Under the pieces are notes generated by a model. That model was not told the origin of the DNA and did no database searches. It saw only the letters and a list, made by a program, of their open reading frames with translations. From Octopus bimaculoides (lineage: Eukaryota), in NCBI RefSeq assembly GCF_001194135.2, contig NC_068993.1, forward strand, positions 17,188,073-17,252,072: a stretch of DNA of 64,000 bases, read 5' to 3'. The first letter of the stretch is position 1, and the number at the start of each line of letters is the position of its first letter. Shown here in pieces: positions 1 to 11,865 of this stretch. A program made the position numbers and the translations under genes.

Positions 1-291
1 TATAAAATAATAGCAAAAAATACACAGAACTAAACAAAATCACTGGGAAAAACACAACAGTGATGCTGCCACAACAAGATAAAGATAAACATGTAAACTG
101 ACTGACCAGAGACTGCACTTGTTCAGAGAGCTTGTGCGAGCTCAGCACTGACTAGCAGTCAGTCGCTTGTATGAAACATACTCATGCTGTGGATTTCCGC
201 TCGCACTTCAAGACAAAAATTCACACGAGCCTTGGCTTGTACAGCAAATTACTTATACAATGGTGTGCTCATACTGCGAGGTTCTACTGTA
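1..291. mobile_element. Right end of a pogo/Tigger-like DNA transposon (truncated by window start)
   Basis: Ends ...CGAGGTTCTACTG|TA at 289-291; the reverse complement CAGTAGAACCTCG followed by TA matches the typical pogo/Tigger TIR start and TA target site. The left end is not in the window. Confidence 0.45.
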
Positions 292-339
292 CTAGAAATC
301 AAGTGCTGATATAGTAATATACCATCTCCAGCATTTGAT

Positions 340-580
340 CCTCAGAGGAAGAGAAGTTGGTAAAGAAGCCAAAGTCATTATCTTAAATTCAGTTTTCTAA
401 TCCAAGGTCGTGAATGTTGGATAATAACCAAAAGAGGATGATTGCGAATTCAAGCAGCCAAAATGAGGTTCATCCAAAAGATCTACTTGACAAGGTGTGT
501 AACTCAGAAATCCGGGAGTCTCTCCAGGTTGAGTCAAAACTTCTCTACAATGAGAGGTCATCATTCCAGTACTATGGACA
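340..580 (+). mobile_element. Degenerate RTE-clade LINE, C-terminal ORF fragment (left of LTR insertion)
   Basis: Frameshifted translation ECWIITK...RIQAAKMRF...LLDKVCNSEIRESLQVESKLLYNERSSFQYYGH matches the RTE post-RT region (EXW...AAEMRF...LRYYGHV). Confidence 0.75.
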
Positions 581-925
581 TGTAGTAACGCCGTGCGCAT
601 GTGTGGAATTAAACAAGCAAGCATTCCCGCTTTAATCTTTCTCTTTTACGGTCGGCCAACCATGAGCATGGACGTGCTAAGCTGTCTCTCTCCATCTTTC
701 GGACTTACACTCGACAGCTCGCTTACAACTACATACCCACGTCCCAACAACTATGCTCACACACACAGAAGCTGTAACAACAAGAACTAAAGATGTATAT
801 ATTTACCACCTAAATAAATGTTGTTTAAGTTGATAGTCTGGAGTTCAGCGTTCCGTTATATTCTAATTTTATAGTAGGAAAGTCAGGTATACATCTAAAG
901 ATGTATAACCCTTCTTTCTACTAAA
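581..925 (+). repeat. 5' LTR (345 bp)
   Basis: Starts TGTAGTA, ends TACTAAA, followed by G and the PBS; direct repeat of 2363-2723. Confidence 0.92.
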
Positions 926-926
926 G

Positions 927-938
927 TGGTGACCACGA
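927..938 (+). other. Primer-binding site
   Basis: TGGTGACCACGA, 1 nt after the 5' LTR, is complementary to a tRNA 3' end ...UCGUGGUCA-CCA (acceptor stem GACCACG, consistent with a tRNA-Arg; tRNA identity inferred). Confidence 0.75.
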
Positions 939-1550
939 CGAAGAAAAAACGCAGCATGGACTCTGGACTACCAACTTATAACTGGTGAACCCGACTAAAG
1001 AACAAATATGGCCATGGAGACTGAATTATGTATTACCAACACCAACAAGCGCGGTTTTTATTCTCGCCTCTGTTAGAGTGGATGTTTCCACTCACGATAA
1101 AACAGACAAGAATTACAGCCTGCGACTTTCCAATTGTGTACTCAAAAAAAAGAACTTGGTATAAATCTCTCACATGTTCTGACTTTCTTTCTCCTGTGAT
1201 ATCTCACATAAATATAGACGGCCTGCTTTTTATCATGTTATATGTCGCATTCACACTCTCACATATACATACATCTTTTATGCCACACAATAACTCTTGT
1301 TATTCATTTCATACGGTTGTCTTTTCTATCGTTTCATTACTGGTATTTACGAATTCACTAATGTTCGTAGTATAATGTAATTACTTGTATATCATCTTTG
1401 ATATATATTTTGGTGTTCGACCGTGTGACACGTTTAAATAAAAGGAGTCCTCTGTTATTCCATTTGTGACCATTTCTCTTTTTTGAGTTCGCACGGTCGT
1501 TCTTTCATCTTGGGTTAAGAAAATTTTTCTTCGAGGTTTTCGCTAATGGT

Positions 1551-2327
1551 NNNNNNNNNNNNNNNNNNNNNNNNNNNNNNNNNNNNNNNNNNNNNNNNNN
1601 NNNNNNNNNNNNNNNNNNNNNNNNNNNNNNNNNNNNNNNNNNNNNNNNNNNNNNNNNNNNNNNNNNNNNNNNNNNNNNNNNNNNNNNNNNNNNNNNNNNN
1701 NNNNNNNNNNNNNNNNNNNNNNNNNNNNNNNNNNNNNNNNNNNNNNNNNNNNNNNNNNNNNNNNNNNNNNNNNNNNNNNNNNNNNNNNNNNNNNNNNNNN
1801 NNNNNNNNNNNNNNNNNNNNNNNNNNNNNNNNNNNNNNNNNNNNNNNNNNNNNNNNNNNNNNNNNNNNNNNNNNNNNNNNNNNNNNNNNNNNNNNNNNNN
1901 NNNNNNNNNNNNNNNNNNNNNNNNNNNNNNNNNNNNNNNNNNNNNNNNNNNNNNNNNNNNNNNNNNNNNNNNNNNNNNNNNNNNNNNNNNNNNNNNNNNN
2001 NNNNNNNNNNNNNNNNNNNNNNNNNNNNNNNNNNNNNNNNNNNNNNNNNNNNNNNNNNNNNNNNNNNNNNNNNNNNNNNNNNNNNNNNNNNNNNNNNNNN
2101 NNNNNNNNNNNNNNNNNNNNNNNNNNNNNNNNNNNNNNNNNNNNNNNNNNNNNNNNNNNNNNNNNNNNNNNNNNNNNNNNNNNNNNNNNNNNNNNNNNNN
2201 NNNNNNNNNNNNNNNNNNNNNNNNNNNNNNNNNNNNNNNNNNNNNNNNNNNNNNNNNNNNNNNNNNNNNNNNNNNNNNNNNNNNNNNNNNNNNNNNNNNN
2301 NNNNNNNNNNNNNNNNAACAGATTTCA
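1551..2327. other. Assembly gap (others at 12887-13347, 21160-21260, 34249-34258, 46352-46625, 58022-58137)
   Basis: Runs of N; true lengths are uncertain. Confidence 0.99.
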
Positions 2328-2362
2328 TTTCTCGTGCGTTTCTCGCACTGGCGAGGGAGCCC

Positions 2363-2723
2363 TGTAGTAACGCCATGCGCATGCGTAGTCTCACGCATGC
2401 GTGAAATTAAACAAGCAAGCATTCCCGCTTTAATCTTTCTCTTTTACGGTCGGCCAACCATGAGCATGGACGTGCTAAGCTGTCTCTCTACATCTTTCGG
2501 ACTTACACTCGACAGCTCGCTTACAACTACATACCCACGTCCCAACAACTATGCTCACACACACAGAAGCTGTAACAACAAGAACTAAAGATGTATATAT
2601 TTACCACCTAAATAAATGTTGTTTAAGTTGATAGTCTGGAGTTCAGCGTTCCGTTATATTCTAATTTTATAGTAGGAAACTCATGTATACATCTAAAGAT
2701 GTATAACCCTTCTTTCTACTAAA
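2363..2723 (+). repeat. 3' LTR (361 bp)
   Basis: Preceded by a purine-rich PPT-like tract; carries an extra 16 bp (AGTCTCACGCATGCGT) between short direct repeats relative to the 5' LTR. Confidence 0.92.
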
Positions 2724-2966
2724 GACATATGATTACAACATCACAGAAAAGAATCGTAAAATGCATTCTTCAAGTCCAGATAATCAAAAGACCTAGGAGT
2801 GGACCAAGAATGAGACAGTTGGGTGATATCCATAGTCTCAGTTGATTACTCTGAGAATCCAGCTGGAAGGTACTTCTGATAGGACAATATGAAGGAGGTC
2901 CCTGAAGACTCTTGTGCTATGACCTTGCCTGGAATAGTGGGCGGATAAAAATTAATGAATGAATGA
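2724..2966 (+). mobile_element. Degenerate RTE LINE 3' end (right of LTR insertion)
   Basis: Resumes the frame interrupted at 580 (GH|MITTSQKRIVKCILQVQIIKRPRSGPRMRQLGDI, RTE GRP-type motif) and ends in an (AATG)n tail. Confidence 0.75.
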
Positions 2967-3399
2967 CAGACCATCAAAGACCTAATTGATCAAAAACATA
3001 GTGTAAATGTAAATATTTTTTGAATGTTTAATCTCGAAAGACAATGGGAATTGTCCAGAAAATTATAATCATGTTAACAATTAACTTAGAATAACAATTT
3101 GGATAATACTTGTAATGTCTATGTAAACACAGAGCAGCACCAGCTATAATGTTTTGTCTCAGTGAAACTTTTTAAAGAGACTTGTGTGTGAACAGACATG
3201 GAGCTCACTCAGAATGTTGTTGTTGCAGATTGTCTGACATTCTGAACAAAGCTAAAATAGTGCTGGCATGGCTGTATAGTTAAGAAGCTCACCTTGCAAT
3301 CACATGGTTTCAGGTTCAGTCCCTGTGAGCAACACCTTAGGTAAGTAGCCCTGGGCCAGCCAATGCTTTGTGAGTGAACTTGGTAGATGGCTCAGATAT

Positions 3400-3660
3400 A
3401 AGGACAAGCTGAAGAGTAATCTCTCAGCAGTCAATATAGCTCACAACACCTTTGAGCAGACGGCCTTGGGACGAACAAAATGGTGTAAGAGACTTTGTTT
3501 CAACTACTATTAACAGGCTAAGGGGTGCAAGGCAAAGGGAAAAATAGCTGCAATTATACTGGTCTGCACTAACCCATAATCTTCATGCTTGCAACATCTG
3601 TGGGCTGCTTTGCAAATCGTTGGCGGGACTCAAATGTCACATTCGACATAAGCATTATTA
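3400..3660 (+). mobile_element. RTE (BovB-like) LINE C-terminal remnant
   Basis: Encodes CNICGLLCKSLAGLKCHIRH, the C2H2-like terminal motif of BovB-type RTE proteins, preceded by a degenerate ALGRTKW motif. Confidence 0.65.
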
Positions 3661-4189
3661 CTGACAAAGATAATGTAGGTTGTCAGACCCTCATATGTTA
3701 AAACCAACAGAGAAGTCCATCGTCATATATATCTTTTTTCAGAATAGTATATCTTGAAAAACACGCATAAAACTATAAACAATATCATGTAAATATTGGA
3801 TTGAGAAACACTTTGGGATAGAAAAAGTCAAAGGCTGCTCACAGAACGTGTGTGTGTGTGTATTTCTCCCCCACCTCCACCATTTGACAACTTGTATTGG
3901 TTTGTTTACATCCCCAGTACTTAGCAGTTCAGTGAAAGTTACTGACAGAATATGGCAGTGTTCTAGCATGGCTGTAATTCAATGGTTGGAACAAATGAAA
4001 GATATATAATTTTATATTCTGTTCCTAGTTTCATCTATTGGCCTGGTTACACCTTTAAAGGTTTTAGTCAATTAATATCCACCCTAATACTTATTGAATT
4101 CAGAGATGTAACACATCTGGAAGTAAATACTGCTTAGATAGTTTTCTTTATCCCACACCAGTTGACTCACATAGGGTAACAGATAGTGA

Positions 4190-4224
<35 letters not shown>

Positions 4225-4227
<3 letters not shown>

Positions 4228-5062
4228 TCATCATCATTATTTAACGTCCGCTTTCCATGCTAGCATGGGTTGGACGATTTGACTGAGGACTGGTGAACCA
4301 GATGGCTACACCAGGCTCCAATCTGATTTGGCAGAGTTTCTACAGCTGGATGCCCTTCCTAACGCCAACCACTCCGAGAGTGTAGTGGGTGCTTTTACGT
4401 GCCACCAGCACAATGGCCAGTCAGGCGGTACTGGCAGCGGCCACACTCAAAATGGTGTATTTTATGTGCCACCTGTACAGGAGTCAGTCCGGTGGCACTG
4501 GCAACAATCTCACTCGAATGTTTTTTTCACGTGCCAGTAAGGCGACGCTGGTAACGATCGCGCTCAAATGGTGCTATTTACGTGCCACTGGCATGGAAGT
4601 CAAACAGCTGCTCTGGCAATGATCACGCTCAGACAATGCTCTTAGCGCTCTACTGGTACAGGTGCCAACACGATTTCGAATTCACTTGCCCCAACAGGTC
4701 TTCGCAAGCCGAGTTTAGTGTCCAATGAAGGAGAGGTTGGCTTGGGTGCCAGTCGTCAAATTTGGTTCGATTTTGATTTCACTTGCCTCAACAGGTCTTC
4801 ACAAGCAGAGTTTAGTGTCCAATGAAGGAAAGGTACGCATAAGTGGGCTGGCTACACTCCTGGCAGAGGCCTCGGATTATGGTCTCACTTGGCTTGCCGT
4901 GTCTTCTTAAGCACAGCATATTTCCAAAGGTCTCAGTCACAAGTCATTGCCTCGGTGAGGCCTAATGTTCGAAGGTAGTGCTTCACCACCTCATCCCAGG
5001 TCTTCCTGGGTCTACCTCTTCCACGGGTTCCCTCAACCGCTAGGGTGTGGCACTTTTTCACA
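4225..5062 (-). mobile_element. 5'-truncated RTE LINE (ORF C-terminus, 3' UTR, (GAT)n tail)
   Basis: Minus strand reads VKKCHTLAVEGTRGRGRPRKTWDEVVK...DLWKYAVLKKT, then a UTR with internal repeats ending GGACGTTAAA-TAATGATGATGA. Confidence 0.85.
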
Positions 5063-5119
5063 TATAGAAATATTATAATGTTAGGGAATGTTCTGTGAGC
5101 AGCCTTTGACTTGCACCGT

Positions 5120-5270
<151 letters not shown>

Positions 5271-5419
5271 CACATGTGTAGCTGTGTGGTAAGAAGTTGC
5301 TTCCCAACTACATAGTTTGAGGTTCAGTCACACTGTGTGGCACCTTGGCAAGTGTTTTCTGAGTGGATTCAGTTAACAGAAACTGAAAGAAGCCCTCACC
5401 ATGATAGATCACTAGCCAC

Positions 5420-5530
5420 TAAACCTTTTTCGTTTTTTCTCTCCCTGTTTATTTCAGTGTTCCTTTCTGTTGAAGAGCATAGGCTCGAAACATAAAATAC
5501 TTTCTCACTTTCCGAGCATTAGACTAATAC
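5420..5530 (+). mobile_element. Penelope-like terminal-repeat fragment with a decayed hammerhead motif
   Basis: Same family as 54020-54185; CTGTTGA-A-GAGC-atag-GCTC-GAAAC-ATA (stem III G lost). Confidence 0.55.
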
Positions 5531-5827
5531 AGCAGTTATACATTTCCCAGATGCCTTCACTAAGCAGAATAATGTCCTTGCCTCTCGCCAACTTCCAACA
5601 ACCTCTGTCACCAACCTGACAATCTTTCTTGCTATCCTCCGAAAATGTCTCTCGCCAACCTGCAACAATCTCTCCCTCCTCCAGCTGACAGTTTTTTGTA
5701 TTTTTTCGTTATGGAAAATACACCTTTTGTGGCAGTTATAATGGGCATTTCAATAGAACATATTTACCCAGGTAGTATATATATAAATATAAATGCAAAC
5801 GTGTGTGTATTCATATACATCAGTGTA

Positions 5828-5863
<36 letters not shown>

Positions 5864-5923
5864 ATCAGTCGGTTGTCCATAAATTAGAAAAAGTACACTC
5901 TAAAAGAAATTCTGTACAGTCCT

Positions 5924-6437
5924 ATTTTATGTAATCAAGTAATAAATCTTTGGTTATGCCATACAATCAGTCAAAAAGTTACTCTTGGTTTCATGTCTAC
6001 AATTGCACTTGGCAATACAGGCACCTCATCAGACTTGCTAGCCAGAACCACACGTCTTTACTAATGGAGGTAAAAATACAGTCTTGGTCAGTTTGGAGTG
6101 AAAAAAAACATTCAGAGGGAAAAGAGCTGCCTTCCCTTGAGCAATGTTAGCTGTCCAAAATGAATCAGTTTGTGTACTTTTTTCATTCCCTAGTCTGCCA
6201 ACGGGCAGGCAAGACTATGTTTCCAAAACAAATTTTCTGTCATGAAGGTTTTTTTCACCACCAAACTGACCAATACTGTATTTTTATCTCCACTAGTAAA
6301 GTGGCCATGTGCTTCCGGTCAGCATTTCTGATGAGTCTCCTATTTTCCCCAGTACAATAGTAGACATGAAACCAATGGTAACTTTCTGACTGGTTTTATA
6401 CCATAACCAAGGATATACTACTTCATAACATAAAATA
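5924..6437. mobile_element. Old foldback/MITE with ~200-bp imperfect inverted arms
   Basis: 5924-6125 aligns to the reverse complement of 6230-6437 (e.g. TTGGTTTCATGTCTAC and TAAAAATACAGTNTTGGTCAGTTTGG in both arms); ~100-bp spacer. Confidence 0.75.
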
Positions 6438-6619
6438 CATATATGTGTGTGTGTGTGTATGACACAATAATATCAGGTAGTGAGAATGAGTGCTCAACAC
6501 TATATTTGGTGAATAACTATTCTTTATTTGTGGATTGACATGTTACCAATGATTTCATGTGGAAATTTTGAATTTGTCGAACACCCCACTTTAGAATGTT
6601 GGTAATTGCATCCAAGTCA

Positions 6620-6789
6620 GATGAGACTACATGAGATTACACAAGATAATATGAGATTTCAAAATTACTTTTTTGATTAATGGCAACATAACTAAGAGGT
6701 GGTAAGTCATTTAGGGACACTTTTGTTATTTCCCAAAAAAGTAATTTTGAAGTCTCATTTAATACCATATAATCTCATGTTTTCTCATC
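6620..6789. mobile_element. Small MITE with ~55-bp imperfect TIRs
   Basis: GATGAGACTACATGAGATTA...TTCAAAATTACTTTTTT (6620-6674) is inverted at 6735-6789. Confidence 0.7.
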
Positions 6790-6829
6790 CAATATGGATA
6801 CTATTACTGACTTTCTCAAGTGGAGCACC

Positions 6830-8640
6830 AGATAAATCCAAAATTTCCACATGAAACCATTGGTGCATAAATAAAGTACATATATAAGAGTGAACTATTA
6901 TGAGTGGCTGCTGAATGTGGAAAACACATGGAATAAAGAGGGGCTATCTCAACCTCACCCAACAGAGAGACCAGCAACATAGTATATAAAGTGATCATGG
7001 ATATGAAGAGAGAGAAAGCTGCAGGTCCATCAAGAATAGTAGGATACTTAATAAAGTAATATAGGAAGATGTTATATGCTATGACTGGCAGTATCATCAT
7101 TAACTGCTACAAAGGCAAAGCGAATGCCTTACAGAGAAGAAATTATGGAAGAATCAAGCTACTAGATCAGGTTATGAGAATCACTGAAAGAGTCATAACA
7201 AAGATTGATCTGTGACAGAGTAGACCTAGATGAGATGCAGTTTGCCTTCATGCTCAGAAGAGGTATTATGGATGCAATCGTCTTAGTGAAACAACTGCAG
7301 GAGAAATACTTGGCTATGAGTAAACCACTACTCCTGGCCCTTGTTGAGATAGAGAAGGCATTTGGCAGGGAACTGCATTTAGTAATTTGGTGGTCACTAA
7401 AGAATTAAGGTGTAGAAGAATAACTTGTGAGGACTTTACAAGCTATGTACAAAGATGTAGTAAGTAAAGTGAGTCAACAACGATTTTCGGGACAAATGTT
7501 ACATGAGGGAAGGAGTACAGCAAAACTCAATCTTCAGATTTCTATTCATTATAGTTCTACAGTCCATTACAGAAGAATTTAAGGCTGACTATTCAAGAGA
7601 ACTCCTATATGCTGATGCTCTAGTTTTTATAACTGAATTAATAGGGTAACTAGAGAGGAAATTCCAGGTATGGAAGCTAAACCTTGAATCAAACAACTTT
7701 AGCAAAGATAATGGTTATAGCAAGTAGGAAAGAAAAAAAGACCCTGGTGCCTTCAGGGAAATTGCCTTACTTCATATGCAGAAAAGGAGCAGGAATAAAC
7801 TCCACACACTATATCCAATGAAGCTATGGTGTTGTGGAATTGCAGGGAAACTAACAAAGAAAATAAGCATTGCATGTGTTAGATGTCTTGGAGTAATATG
7901 TATTATGAGTACACAGGAAATAGATTCTCTTAAATGCCCAGTTGGCTCACAAGAAGTAGTACCTTGAAGATGTAACTAGTATGAAGGTGGTTGCTCTGAA
8001 AGCATAGCACCCAGGGTGATTTGGGAAAAGTTCAAGGAGCTACTATTGATGCTGGCAGCAGAGTTCTCATCCTATGTATTAGAACTGTAAAGCTGCATGG
8101 TAAGGAGATATGAGCCTTGAATGTAAAGGGCTTAAGAAGACTGGAAAGTAATAAAGCAAGCATGCATAATTTAATGTGAATGGACAATGAAAGAAGCCCG
8201 TCGTATATATGTATATATATATATATGTTTGTGTGTCTGTGTTTGTCCCCCCACCATCGCTTGACAACCGATGCTGGTGTGTTTACGTCCCCGTAACTTA
8301 GCGGTTCGGCAAAAAGAGACCAATAGAATAAGTACTAGGCTTACAAAGAATATGTCCTGGGGTTGATTTGATTCGAATAAAGGCGGTGCTCCAGCATGGC
8401 CGCAGTCAAATGACTGAAACAAGTAAAAGAGTAAAAGAATGTAGTAAAAATGTGCTGAGAGAATGTGGGCAAGAAAAAAAGATAGCTCTAGTTTTCACAT
8501 GTGATACTCATGGATGATGACAGCTGTATAAAAAATTCCAATCACTTAATGTGGATGGAATTTGTGGGAAAAGGAGACACAGGACAGCAAGCTGAAGGCT
8601 GATCTTAAAATTTTAAACTTCACAGAGATGACAAAGTAAG
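6830..8640 (+). mobile_element. Degenerate RTE LINE reverse-transcriptase region
   Basis: DEMQFAFMLRRGIMDAIVLVKQLQEKYLAMSKPL...EIEKAF...VIWWSL matches RTE RT motifs (QFGF, TTDAIF, DLEKAFD); multiple stops and frameshifts; interrupted by a SINE at 8185-8437. Confidence 0.85.
8185..8437 (+). mobile_element. tRNA-derived SINE family A, 3' half
   Basis: TGAAAGAAGCCCGTCG...microsatellite...GACTGAAACAAGTAAAAGAGTAAAAG, the same family as 9955-10383. Confidence 0.85.
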
Positions 8641-8764
8641 TGTTCTGTGAGTACATGCGGGCCCTTTATCCAATTTCCTTGCCAAGATACTACACCACCC
8701 ATCATCTCTCAAACTGAAGCTTTTCATGGATACCATTAATTTTTCTCATTATGTGTGCGTGTGT

Positions 8765-9020
8765 GATAGTGCATGGTCTAGTGGTTAGGATATGGTGCTC
8801 ATGTTTGCTAGATCATGAGTTCAATTCCCAGACTGAGCAGTGTGTTCTTGAGCAAAACACTTCGCTGTACGTTGTTCAGTCCACTCAGCTGTAAATGGGT
8901 AACCCTCTAAAGGAATAGCCTTCTGATCAGGGGGAATTTTAGTCTGCTTACCTAGCCAGCAGATGGCATCATTCAAAAACTAAGACAGTGTAAAGCGCAT
9001 TGTCACCAGCAATGTATAAC
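8765..9020 (+). mobile_element. tRNA-derived SINE family B
   Basis: A-box/B-box-like head (TGGTCTAGTGG...GAGTTCAATTCC) followed by TTCTTGAGCAAAACACTT...CACTCAGCTG central domain; related copies at 41650-41900 and 56230-56622. Confidence 0.7.
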
Positions 9021-9047
9021 AAAATCCAATAATCTGGTTGATATTGT

Positions 9048-9094
<47 letters not shown>

Positions 9095-9095
<1 letters not shown>

Positions 9096-9385
9096 CATCA
9101 TCATCGTCGTCGTTTAACGTCCGCTTTCCATGCTAGCATGGGTTGGACGATTTGACTGAGGACTGGTGAAACCAGATGGCTACACCAGGCTCCAATCTGT
9201 TTTGGCAGAGTTTCTACAGCTGGATGCCCTTCCTAACGCCAACCACTCAGAGAGTGTAGAGGGTGCTTTTACGTGCCACCAGCACGAAGGCCAGTCAGGT
9301 GGTACTGGCAACGATCTCGCTCGAAAGTCCTTAGACATGCCGCGGGCACAAGTGCCAGAAAGGCGATGCTGGGCACAGGTGCCAT
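9095..9385 (-). mobile_element. RTE 3' UTR-only insertion
   Basis: Near-identical to 4225-4480 including the (GAT)n tail; further copies near 45573, 49703, 54230 and 58890. Confidence 0.85.
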
Positions 9386-9396
9386 ATATATATATC

Positions 9397-9429
<33 letters not shown>

Positions 9430-9519
9430 ATATATATATACTTTCGTGCATTTCAGCCTAAAGGCTGTGGCTATGCTGGGGCAATGCCAATATTCTGCCT
9501 CCCAGCCTCCATCAATAAC

Positions 9520-9900
9520 ACCATTGCTAAAGCTTGTTTTGCCATGCTTGCATAGGTGAACTAGTCTTCTCAAGTACTTCCTGTCAGTAGTCATCACAAT
9601 CCCCTTTCATTTCTTCTGTGAGGCTCAGAGTCCTGAGATCATTCTTCACCACTTCATCCCATGTCTTCATTGGTCTCTCTCCCTTCCACAACTTCCAAAC
9701 GATTGATGCACCTTATACTTCTTTATACAATTGCATACTCCATGCACATCATATGTGCAGTTTTCTATCTTTCACACTATATATGACATCTCTTATATCC
9801 TGTTTCCTTCTCAGCTCATTTGTCTTCTAGCATTCATAGACACTAATACTACACATCAACTGGAGCCTGCTGGAATGATTTCTTTTTAGTCTATGTAAGT
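9520..9900 (-). mobile_element. Degenerate RTE LINE C-terminal fragment
   Basis: Minus strand shows decayed GR.RPMKTWDEVVKNDLRTLSL similarity to 4900-5060. Confidence 0.7.
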
Positions 9901-9954
9901 TTTCTGAATTCAGGGCTCCTGAATATAAAATGCTTATATTCATTATCAACTACT

Positions 9955-10172
9955 CTTTACTCTTTTTACTCTTTTACTTGTTTCAGTCATTTGACTGTGG
10001 CCATGCTGGAGCACCGCCTTTAGTCAAGCAAATCGATCCCAGGACTTATTCTTTGGAAGCCTAGTACTTATTCTATCAGTCTCTTTTGCCGAACCGCTAA
10101 GTTACGGGGACGTAAACACATCAGCATCAGTTGTCAAGCGATGTTGGGGGGGACAAACACAGACACACAAAC

Positions 10173-10205
<33 letters not shown>

Positions 10206-10383
10206 CATATATATATATACGACGGGCTTCTTTCAGTTTCCATCTACCAAATCCACTCACAAGGCTTTGGTTGGCCCAAGGCTATAGTAGAAAACACTTG
10301 CCCAAGGTGCCACGCAGTGGGACTGAACCTGGAACCATGTGGCTGGTAAGCAAGCTACTTACTACACAGCCACTCCTACGCCT
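9955..10383 (-). mobile_element. Full-length tRNA-derived SINE family A (octopus OK-type, inferred)
   Basis: Head AGGCGTAGGAGTGGCTGTG...GGTTCAGTCCCAC, internal (TA)/(TG) microsatellite, tail AACAAGTAAAAGAGTA; about 15 copies in the window. Confidence 0.9.
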
Positions 10384-10842
10384 AGATATTTTTTTTTTTT
10401 TAAAGTATACAATGAATGTATGCAGAATAGATTATTTTATAAAGTGTTTTGTAAAGTGGTTGGCATTAAAAGCACATCCAACTATAGAAACAATGCCAAA
10501 GCTGATATTAGAGTTCAATGCAACCCTGTGGCTTGTTGGATACTACTGTCACATCATCTAACCTATGCAAGTATGGGAAATGGATGTTAAATGATGATGA
10601 TTACACACACACACACACACACACACACATGTGGCACAGGCATGGCTATAGATGCAGTTGTTGGGAACTAAAGGAAGCCCATTGTGTGTGTCCACTAGCC
10701 TTCACATTGCATGGTAACTGTCAGTGTCATTCATTTCAAGTATTCAGTATAAACATTGTACAGCTATGGATAAAATATAAACTTTCTTGGAAACAAGTAA
10801 GTGCATCATTTTCCTTAGCTTTTTCTGGGACATGACTGTATC

Positions 10843-11180
10843 ATGAACAGCAAATGGTTGATTGAGACACTCAAAAAGCTTAGAGAAGCCATTAGAAGAA
10901 TGACAAAACGATCCCCAGAACAATGCATAACCACAGACATGTTTAGCAACGAATCAGACAATCAACAAACTGAGATAGTTAGAGTCCCCCCCCATCCAAA
11001 TTATGACCTGGATCTGGCATCTTCCAACTCCTACTTGTTTGATCCAATGAAGTTTACTCTTTGGGGAGAATGATTTGATCACATAGATGAGGTTAAAATG
11101 GCTGTACATACATTAGTGCACACCTGAATTTTTCTGAAAGTAGATTCCTGGATTGGCTTCAGTAATGGCATGACGGCATT
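10843..11180 (+). pseudogene. Highly decayed mariner transposase C-terminal remnant
   Basis: TLKKLREAIRR...PPHPNYDLDLASSNSYLFDPMK...F.HIDEVKMAV corresponds to HPPYSPDLAPSDFYLF..LK; contains stops. Confidence 0.7.
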
Positions 11181-11637
11181 TCTCATTGTCAGAGCATGCA
11201 CTGTCTCCTCTCTGTGCTTTTTCTGCAACTCCTTGTAGCTGGGTGGTCTCTTGCAAACTTTACTTCAACACCCCTGACTCACTCGTCTCTCCTTCTCATA
11301 TTGGACATTCTCTAATGACTGTCTTGGAGGGATATTCTGCCTCCCAACCTCCATCACCAATCTCCACTCACTAACCACTACTTCAGTCCTTCTTCCCTAG
11401 AATGTTGACCTTCTATAATTCCAGTACTTTGTAAAATGTTGAATTTAGCTTAATTTATTCATCTCAAGTTATGCTGTGCTGGTGATTCCAAAGAAGAATG
11501 AAATAGCACTATACATGGCTACTAATGACTTGAAATTTTAAGAACTTTATGTGTCTCACGAAAAAATTAAATGTATGTGTTATATACACTTTTATAACTA
11601 TTTGATATAAATTCCAAACTCTTAGATCTGCCTCAAC

Positions 11638-11865
11638 TTAACTCCTTAGCATTTAAACTGACCATATCAAGTCCAAATATTCTACCAATTTAATGTTCAA
11701 ACCAGCCAGATCTAGCCTCTCATGCCTACCGTACAATATCATTCTAAAAATATACAATCATATCATTGGAATCTAGAAGCTACAATATAATGCATGATTG
11801 ATCCAAAGCAATGTGAATAAACAAACATCACATTTGACAGAGCAATGTGAATGCTAAAGGGTTGT
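11638..11865. mobile_element. piggyBac-type MITE
   Basis: TTAA|CTCCTTAGCATT ... AATGCTAAAGGG|TTGT: ~12-bp TIR with CCC-like terminus and a TTAA target site (right copy mutated). Confidence 0.6.

Larger units (their letters stand above)
581..2723 (+). mobile_element. LTR retrotransposon (Gypsy-like ends), possibly non-autonomous; internal part gapped
   Basis: Two ~98% identical LTRs (581-925, 2363-2723; about 6 substitutions plus a 16-bp indel). PBS TGGTGACCACGA at 927-938, PPT-like GGCGAGGGAGCCC at 2350-2362, 4-bp TSD GACA (577-580 / 2724-2727). Confidence 0.92.

Noticed and set aside
1505-2422. Long ORFs of 200-305 aa spanning N runs (also near 12744-13483, 46245-46737, 57902-58196)
   Set aside because: Artefacts of translating through gaps.
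6322-6385. CTGATGA-GTCT...AGAC-ATGAAAC...GTA hammerhead-like string
   Set aside because: Two extra bases before GAAA, no stem I pairing, and it lies within a foldback arm.
9955-10383. tRNA-like A/B boxes in SINE heads throughout the window
   Set aside because: No complete cloverleaf; each continues into a multi-copy SINE body, so none is a tRNA gene.
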